Shown here: in pieces, positions 57,862 to 64,000 of the stretch | Numbering within the stretch: the stretch's first letter is position 1 | Layout: each line of letters opens with the position of its first letter | Sequence record: KY499642.1 | Reading direction: 5' to 3' (one strand) | Length of the DNA stretch: 64,000 bases | Program-made: the position numbers and the translations under genes | The notes under the pieces: model-generated | Databases searched by the model: none | What the model was told of the DNA's origin: nothing | Seen by the model: only the letters and a program-made list of their open reading frames with translations

Positions 57862-58563
57862 ATGAAACATTTACTGGCAGCCTTAGCGCTGCTGTTTGCC
57901 ATGCAGGCAAACGCAATGGTGAAGTTATCGACCAGTGGTGGTATCTGCCACTCTGAAACCTCGCCCTACTATGACCGTATTGTGAACTACACGTCATACC
58001 TGAATATGGAAACCTGCTCAGCGGAGTTAGGGTTCATGTTCGTTAAGAACTGCATTGATGATGGGAAATGTTACGACCCAGAGCCTGCACCTGACGGTTA
58101 CGACCGTGAAAAGATGTTTGGTACATGGGATGACCCAGATGGCAACTGTTTGAATACACGCCATCAGCTACTGGCGATTACTTCTTACGATACGGTAGAG
58201 ATTGAAGACTGTCGTGTTGTGTCAGGTAACTGGATATCACATTTCACCAACCTGACGATTACTGACCCGACTAAAATGGATATCGACCACATTGTACCTC
58301 TGTATCATGCATGGGCGCATGGGGCTGATAAGTGGACACAAGAGAAACGCGAAGCCTTTGCTACAGACACCGACAATTTGTGGCCTGTAGAGCTCTCTCT
58401 GAACCGAACGAAGTCTGACCGAGGGTTAGACTGGCTTCCGCCTAAGAACCAGTGTCAGTACATTCTGAAGTTCTTAAACATGGTTGAGAAGTATGACTTA
58501 CTGTTCAGTGGGGAAGAACTCCAGTTCCATAAGAAGCAACGATTTGACTACTGTGGATTTTAA
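57862..58563 (+). CDS. Secreted DUF1524/GmrSD-C-type HNH endonuclease
   Basis: Sec signal peptide MKHLLAALALLFAMQANA; DIDHIVPL..AW..GA..W...R..FA.D..NL...N..KSD motif. Confidence 0.85.
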   Translation: MKHLLAALALLFAMQANAMVKLSTSGGICHSETSPYYDRIVNYTSYLNMETCSAELGFMFVKNCIDDGKCYDPEPAPDGYDREKMFGTWDDPDGNCLNTRHQLLAITSYDTVEIEDCRVVSGNWISHFTNLTITDPTKMDIDHIVPLYHAWAHGADKWTQEKREAFATDTDNLWPVELSLNRTKSDRGLDWLPPKNQCQYILKFLNMVEKYDLLFSGEELQFHKKQRFDYCGF

Positions 58564-58570
58564 GACACAT

Positions 58571-58605
58571 AAAGAGAGGAGGCGTAAGCCCCCTCTCTGA
58601 TTTAT
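58571..58605. terminator. Terminator between convergent genes
   Basis: agagagg.ggc-gtaa-gcc.cctctct hairpin. Confidence 0.65.
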
Positions 58606-58610
58606 GCGCT

Positions 58611-59426
58611 TTACACTTTAACTTTGCCAGCACGGAAGATATGCTTGTTCTTCCGAGCAGGGTCGTTGAGTAGTAAGATAGTGTGCCATTTCTGATCGAG
58701 TAGGTCTTGGTACATCTGATGATGATCACTCCATTGGTCTACAAACTCTTTGTATCGACCAAAGTCACGACCACCCTCTAGACGCGTTCTATCCAATCCT
58801 AACGACAGTTCACGGTACAGGTAAGCCTTACATGCCACATTCACCAATTCCGCAAAGTCTTGGTAGTATGGGCGTTTGATTTCAAGTAAGTCATCCGTGT
58901 AACCAACTCGACACTCTAACGTGATATCAACCGAGAAGTTTTGATAGTCATTGATTTTGACTACGTTATCTCCTAGCAGTTCAACTTCCGCGTTCGTAAT
59001 ATTTGGAATAGGACGATGGGAAGCATTAACTGACTGAATGCTACGTTCGAACGGGGACACAGTGAAAGCCTGTGTGGATTGTCCGGGTACACGTTCAGAG
59101 TAGTTTGACGTAACGTTAAGTGACACGCGGTTAACTTGGACGATTTCTCGACCCAGAGTCATATGACGTGGAATTACATAGATACGGCTGTAGTCTTCCA
59201 GCTTCTCATACGCAAGTCCTGACAACGGGATTTCAAGAGCAACGCCACCAATCGAGTCTAAGTCCGGCTTAATGAGATTCGCAATCAATTCATCACGAAT
59301 TTCACTGTCAACAGACTTACGACGACGACCCCAACGCTGTTCTTTTTTTCTGAATCCGTCTTCTAAAATCTCTTTCGGAATGTCCGAGAATTTGAGACGG
59401 TTCAGAGCATGCTCTATAGCGTTCAT
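58611..59426 (-). CDS. Conserved phiKZ-like protein, probably virion structural (271 aa)
   Basis: SD aaggagg, start MNAIEHAL. Function inferred only. Confidence 0.6.
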   Translation of the reverse strand: MNAIEHALNRLKFSDIPKEILEDGFRKKEQRWGRRRKSVDSEIRDELIANLIKPDLDSIGGVALEIPLSGLAYEKLEDYSRIYVIPRHMTLGREIVQVNRVSLNVTSNYSERVPGQSTQAFTVSPFERSIQSVNASHRPIPNITNAEVELLGDNVVKINDYQNFSVDITLECRVGYTDDLLEIKRPYYQDFAELVNVACKAYLYRELSLGLDRTRLEGGRDFGRYKEFVDQWSDHHQMYQDLLDQKWHTILLLNDPARKNKHIFRAGKVKV

Positions 59427-59528
59427 AGAACCCTCCTTCATCGCAGTCATAGCATGGCTTAAGCTTACGTAAATAATAACATAACAGCGATTCCTATAGG
59501 GGAGTTTGGCTATGAATAAAAGTATTGT

Positions 59529-59551
59529 CAGACATATTTCATCATAGTGAT
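59529..59551 (+). promoter_or_regulatory. Conserved phage promoter motif copy 5
   Basis: cagacatatttcatcatagtgat. Confidence 0.7.
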
Positions 59552-59570
59552 GAATCCTTGGAGATAATAA

Positions 59571-59924
59571 ATGCGACTTATAATTTTACAATTTGAAGTT
59601 GCACCTTTCTTAGACGAATATGAAAACAAATTTGGTGAATTACCAGATGGTTGCGAGATAAATGATTTTGCTGTAATGGTAATGCTTTCCATAATGCATA
59701 GACATTGTATCTTGATGTTAACTGATGATGCTTTTCACACCTACGAGAAACGTGGGGTTGGATTTCGCAACATGGTGGATGACATCGTAGAGAACTTAGT
59801 CTTTGAGCCTGAACACTCTGCATTGTACCACATATCAGAATACGCTCGCACCTTCAGAGGTATACTAGCCATATCTAAAGTTCGTTTAAGAAGAAAACGA
59901 ACGTTTGAGGTGTACTGTGAATAA
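59571..59924 (+). CDS. Hypothetical protein (117 aa)
   Basis: SD ggag; first of a coupled array. Confidence 0.75.
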   Translation: MRLIILQFEVAPFLDEYENKFGELPDGCEINDFAVMVMLSIMHRHCILMLTDDAFHTYEKRGVGFRNMVDDIVENLVFEPEHSALYHISEYARTFRGILAISKVRLRRKRTFEVYCE

Positions 59925-60591
59925 ATTTACATATAACATTGAACCATTCTACCAACAGGTTCGCGACTTTATCGCTAACCGTGCTGACCTGTTTACTGGT
60001 CTGGAAGAGATGTTTGATGATCCCGTCAACTTTGACCATGATCCGTCTAAACCACTATCGCTGTTTGAAGCGACAGAAAACCGCCGTGATATCACGGAGG
60101 AATATCTAGATAAGTTAGAGAGCTTCCAACGCGACCTGACTCAGGAACTCATTCATGCCGTTCTGTGTGAGTATTTCTACTCAATCCCAGAAGGGTACGA
60201 CAATCGTTTCTACATGCTAGGTAAACAGTCCATCAATCAGTGTCAGTATGCTGACGTGAAAACATGGTACAAGGTCTGTCGTGCGGCTGGACGACAAGAC
60301 GCGCATGTACTCCTGTTGGATGAAAACGAAAACGTTGAGGATAGCGTACCTATCGGAATCCGCAATGAAGACGTTCGCCGAATCTTCCACGAATTGTTTG
60401 TAGCATTCCTTTGTGAGCTACGACATGCCCTGCCTGATAACACATGGGCTACGGTAGATTTTAAGGTCAGTGGCAATACAATGACGCTAACCTTCGGTGA
60501 GGACTTAAGGCATGTTATCTTTGAACGTGAACACGGTACCGATAAATGGAAAGGGCCGTACTACCTTCCGACAGGAGAGATTATCGAATAG
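59917..60591 (+). CDS. Hypothetical acidic protein (224 aa)
   Basis: SD gagg, GTG at 59917. Confidence 0.75.
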   Translation: MNKFTYNIEPFYQQVRDFIANRADLFTGLEEMFDDPVNFDHDPSKPLSLFEATENRRDITEEYLDKLESFQRDLTQELIHAVLCEYFYSIPEGYDNRFYMLGKQSINQCQYADVKTWYKVCRAAGRQDAHVLLLDENENVEDSVPIGIRNEDVRRIFHELFVAFLCELRHALPDNTWATVDFKVSGNTMTLTFGEDLRHVIFEREHGTDKWKGPYYLPTGEIIE

Positions 60592-60973
60592 TCGCGTAAG
60601 GTTAACAATTAAGGACATTTATTGTGGGGTTGAAGGCAAACTTGACGAGTTCGATTATCGTTACGATAGTACGGATGTTGAAGAGTTTGTCGCCTCAGTT
60701 TTGGACATGTATCTAGACACGGCTGACCGTGGATTTGGTAGAGCAGCTGTCGATATGATAGCAGCACACGAAATCTTTCTAGCACTCATGGAATCAAAAG
60801 ACGCGAAGCGAGTATCGCGTACTCATTCACAACACGTAGTGCAGTTCATCTTGGCTGAATTGAACGACTACGTCAGAACGTTCGACATCGTTCGTGTGTA
60901 TGACTACACCATTTACGGGACACAGTTGGTAATGGATTGTCTCCGTAGAATGCAGATAAGAGCTGTCGCTTAA
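60512..60973 (+). CDS. Hypothetical protein (153 aa)
   Basis: SD gagga before ATG 60512; 80-nt overlap. Confidence 0.7.
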   Translation: MLSLNVNTVPINGKGRTTFRQERLSNSRVRLTIKDIYCGVEGKLDEFDYRYDSTDVEEFVASVLDMYLDTADRGFGRAAVDMIAAHEIFLALMESKDAKRVSRTHSQHVVQFILAELNDYVRTFDIVRVYDYTIYGTQLVMDCLRRMQIRAVA

Positions 60974-60987
60974 CACAGGAGCTAATA

Positions 60988-61359
60988 ATGCACAAACGTA
61001 AACGCAGTGCGTATGTGTTTAATTTGAGTGTCTTACAGGACCTTAGTGAAGACCTCATGGAGTACGACATCTATGAGTGTTTTGGTGAAAATATTGATAA
61101 CTATGATTTCATCCGTACACTAATTAAGGCATCTCTATCAACACGCAATGAGTTAGAAGCACATCTTAAAGCAAGTATGTTCTTCTTCCAATACATCGAC
61201 AAGTCTGAACAGGATCATTGTCGCCGTTTAGTAAACGAAATCATGCAACTACCAGATTACGAGTATCTCATTGATATCATTCGTAACTCGGTGGGTAGTC
61301 GTGCGTATCGGTACCCGTCGGTTGAAGTTAAAGGTGAGAGATTGGTGGTGAAGGTGTAA
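60988..61359 (+). CDS. Hypothetical protein (123 aa)
   Basis: SD aggag. Confidence 0.75.
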   Translation: MHKRKRSAYVFNLSVLQDLSEDLMEYDIYECFGENIDNYDFIRTLIKASLSTRNELEAHLKASMFFFQYIDKSEQDHCRRLVNEIMQLPDYEYLIDIIRNSVGSRAYRYPSVEVKGERLVVKV

Positions 61360-61766
61360 TGGATATTGTGGTTGGTATTGTGCCATATCACAGACGTCTA
61401 GCTTTAGCCATCGACGATTACTACGATGATATCGTTCAGGGTAATAGCACGACAACGGCTGTGAGGCGTGCAGATATATACACTATGTTAACGATCATTA
61501 TGAAAGTGTCAGTGGTTGACTATATGTCGGATATTGCATCAATGGCATCCGAGTCCATATACCAACACTTGAACCTTAAGTATGGGGCATCCATGCTTAT
61601 GATTTCACACATGGTCAATGAGATAATAGAATCTGACGAGTATAGGGAAATACGAAATCGGATTAACACTAGCGTTGCACAAACATCTGACCGACACTTA
61701 GGTGTCAATGATGTAACCCTTACTTGGAACATGAGTAAGGTTGTGATTAACGTTGCCAGACGATGA
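61359..61766 (+). CDS. Hypothetical protein (135 aa)
   Basis: TAATG overlap. Confidence 0.75.
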   Translation: MDIVVGIVPYHRRLALAIDDYYDDIVQGNSTTTAVRRADIYTMLTIIMKVSVVDYMSDIASMASESIYQHLNLKYGASMLMISHMVNEIIESDEYREIRNRINTSVAQTSDRHLGVNDVTLTWNMSKVVINVARR

Positions 61767-61773
61767 GGCGATT

Positions 61774-62253
61774 ATGAGAGTAACGGTTCGTATACATGAT
61801 TTTAATGACTACTTTATGGAGCTTATTCCATTCAGTCAAGCGTTGGACAACACGCGTATTGTCCAGTGTCTAATTGATGACCTAAACGGTCTACTTAATT
61901 TAAGTCAAGCGGTTGCCAGAGAGGAGCCTGTTGACTATCGAAAGATTTCAAATACGTTAGAGTACCTGACGAAAGACGCTGAGAATTTCATCAGTGAAGC
62001 TGGTATGGTTCACATGAAGAACGCTGTTGGTGACCTGATGAAAGTGTTCTTTGAAGAGCTTCGTGGGTACGCTCGTTGGACTAACATGCGTTTCCGCTAT
62101 GTTCGTCACCAAGAGTCAAGTTCTGGTTCGTGGACTATACGTATGGATGCTGAAGACCAATTTGATTACAATGATAGAGTTTGTGATCTTATGATGGAAT
62201 TGGCAGAACGATTACTGGAGCAATTCTGTGTTAAAGATGACCGTAGGTATTAG
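61774..62253 (+). CDS. Hypothetical protein (159 aa)
   Basis: SD gagg, ATG at 61774. Confidence 0.75.
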   Translation: MRVTVRIHDFNDYFMELIPFSQALDNTRIVQCLIDDLNGLLNLSQAVAREEPVDYRKISNTLEYLTKDAENFISEAGMVHMKNAVGDLMKVFFEELRGYARWTNMRFRYVRHQESSSGSWTIRMDAEDQFDYNDRVCDLMMELAERLLEQFCVKDDRRY

Positions 62254-62641
62254 CGGACTTCTAAGATTAATCGAACGCAAGCTGAAAAAGTTTCGCCTAC
62301 CTACAGGTGGGATTACCAGAAAAGAGGAGCAGCAGATAATGGAGCTGCTCATCTTGCGCTTTATTTGTCGTGACGATGCCCGCATTAGAAGACTGTCATC
62401 ACCAACTGTAATCCGTGTGTTTGATAAGCTTACCAAAGGCGATAATAACTCTTCAGGAGACTGGGAGTTGTTAGATGAGCTGCATTATTACGGTGAGTTG
62501 GTGGGTGATATGGTGATGAGATATTACGACTACGAAGGTGATGGAATTGGCTATAACTGTGAAGTACATTACAGCCTACGTAGACGAAGAATAAGCATAG
62601 AGGGAACATCCGAATGTCTAAGAAGAAAATTAGGCAGGTAA
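62237..62641 (+). CDS. Hypothetical protein (134 aa)
   Basis: ATG at 62237 overlapping the upstream end. Confidence 0.65.
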   Translation: MTVGISGLLRLIERKLKKFRLPTGGITRKEEQQIMELLILRFICRDDARIRRLSSPTVIRVFDKLTKGDNNSSGDWELLDELHYYGELVGDMVMRYYDYEGDGIGYNCEVHYSLRRRRISIEGTSECLRRKLGR

Positions 62642-63351
62642 GAGTTTGTCTGAAAGAACACATGCGTGATATTGAGGATATCGTTGCTAACATGTGTGAT
62701 AAACTGAGTGACTTGCCAGATAGCTTTAGACGCCCTATTGAAGAGGGCGTTGTGTACATGGCGTTGTTTGACTCTGGTTACAATGACGAAGATTTCTGGG
62801 AGAATGTCGCTGACTACCTAACCGAAGTGTTTAGCCATTACTTCGAGAGCCAGACCGACTTCACAGATACAATGCCAAGAAGTAAGTTGACACGTCTCGC
62901 ACCAACTAGACTTGATATTCTAGATGGAACGGATACTGACGATGATCTATTAATTTCTGACATTGATGATAATGATGGTGAAAGGATTGAGTACGTTGTC
63001 GGAGTTAGTGATGAGATTCCTCACCACTACCACTGGGATAGCCGTGAAGATATGGACTACACCGCTGAGATTGTTGCAGAACAAGTAGCGGAGATGTTCG
63101 CAGAGTACGACTTAGCATCTGATGATGACTTCGCTGAACTAGCGTGCGTGATTCGTGATGCTGCCCTTGGTGACCAATACACTGTCAAGAACGTTGACCG
63201 TTTCACTATTGATATGAACCGTAAGAAACTTATGGTGGGTATCGATACGGGTTCTCGGTTAGCCAATATGGATATGTCACTTTTTAATCGATTTGAGGTA
63301 GACGATGCGTTATCTGTTCGGAATGGATCGCGAAGTCGTCGAGCATCTTAG
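62614..63351 (+). CDS. Hypothetical very acidic protein (245 aa)
   Basis: SD gaggg; D/E-rich. Confidence 0.75.
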   Translation: MSKKKIRQVRVCLKEHMRDIEDIVANMCDKLSDLPDSFRRPIEEGVVYMALFDSGYNDEDFWENVADYLTEVFSHYFESQTDFTDTMPRSKLTRLAPTRLDILDGTDTDDDLLISDIDDNDGERIEYVVGVSDEIPHHYHWDSREDMDYTAEIVAEQVAEMFAEYDLASDDDFAELACVIRDAALGDQYTVKNVDRFTIDMNRKKLMVGIDTGSRLANMDMSLFNRFEVDDALSVRNGSRSRRAS

Positions 63352-63877
63352 AGAGGCTTGGGATTACCTTGATATGGAGTACAACTTAGATTTATGGCCT
63401 ACAGTAAAGCCTACGATTGAGTTGTGTCTCCATACCACCGTACATGAATTGATTTCATTGCACTATATACTAGACTACGATTTAGAAGAGTATCTTCACA
63501 ATTGTAACTGGCACCACGTTGATGATTACATCGGGGCTATCTTTGATTCAGGTAGACACGAGGAACTCTTCGACGATGTGATTGATGCTCTAGAGTCAAA
63601 CGTATACGCGGGTAACAAGCTTGCCGTATCTGTCAGCCGTAAAAGCCGATGTATACGTCATGCTAACATCCTAGATGAGCCTGTCGAATATGACTACGAT
63701 GATTTACAGCGATCGTTGGCTAATGCAGTCACTGATGCAATCATAGACGCACTTAGAACAGTAGAGATACTTGACTATTTGCCTAAGGTTGAAAATGAAC
63801 TAGCTCCAAGATATCGTATGCCGATACAGGATGTTGATATCAACTTCCGTAAACTAAAGCTTACAATACGACACTAG
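63305..63877 (+). CDS. Hypothetical acidic protein (190 aa)
   Basis: SD gagg. Confidence 0.75.
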   Translation: MRYLFGMDREVVEHLREAWDYLDMEYNLDLWPTVKPTIELCLHTTVHELISLHYILDYDLEEYLHNCNWHHVDDYIGAIFDSGRHEELFDDVIDALESNVYAGNKLAVSVSRKSRCIRHANILDEPVEYDYDDLQRSLANAVTDAIIDALRTVEILDYLPKVENELAPRYRMPIQDVDINFRKLKLTIRH

Positions 63878-63886
63878 GAGATAGCC

Positions 63887-64000
63887 ATGGCCGATATCAG
63901 TGGACTTAAAATGGGACAGGTTGTCTCGTTTAAGCTGCACACTAAACTGATCTCCGACATCTTTACTAACGTGAAGGTGCTCGGTATCGTTGGCTACGAT
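63887..64000 (+). CDS. Putative SH3-like beta-barrel phage protein, 3'-truncated
   Basis: SD aggag; MADISGLKMGQVVSFKLHT...VKVLGIVGYD runs off the window. Confidence 0.5.
   Translation, partial: MADISGLKMGQVVSFKLHTKLISDIFTNVKVLGIVGYD

Noticed and set aside
1-64000. CRISPR arrays, tRNA, tmRNA and rRNA genes
   Set aside because: No regularly spaced direct repeats and no cloverleaf or T-loop/CCA patterns were seen in the intergenic regions. Short RNAs could be missed without a covariance search.
1-64000. Stop-codon reassignment
   Set aside because: Very long ORFs (up to 2329 aa) are intact under the standard code, and TAA, TAG and TGA all end genes before terminators or coupled starts.

Overview
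This window comes from a phiKZ-like (Chimalliviridae-type) jumbo myophage. A marine gammaproteobacterial host such as Vibrio is an inference only. The conserved virion and core block is recognisable from motifs and phiKZ-like gene order. It contains RNase HI, a UvsX/RecA recombinase, three virion RNA-polymerase subunits (two beta fragments and the beta' catalytic fragment with DFDGD), a 2329-aa tail lytic-transglycosylase/tape-measure protein, the prohead protease, tail tube, tail sheath, baseplate-type proteins and terminase large subunit. Between these lie + strand islands of small unknown genes. Five of them start just downstream of one 23-bp motif (CRGNYATATWTCATYWNNGTGWW), a probable early promoter. 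The strongest unexplained signals are: (1) four tandem, divergent ~65-70 aa paralogues sharing a GQ[Y/S]G loop, next to the tail-tube gene whose N-terminus has GGQMG; (2) a structured, ORF-less minus-strand segment ending in its own terminators (candidate ncRNA, ~54.8-55.1 kb); (3) an adjacent ~1 kb origin-like locus with pyrimidine and purine tracts, hairpins and clustered GATC; (4) a catalytically degenerate ATP-dependent DNA-ligase-like protein; (5) a DUF488-like/NADAR/SEC-C cluster plus SLOG and ART-like genes suggesting ADP-ribose counter-defence. I saw no CRISPR array, tRNA, rRNA, intein, intron or mobile element. phiKZ gp numbers are from recalled synteny, not from database searches.
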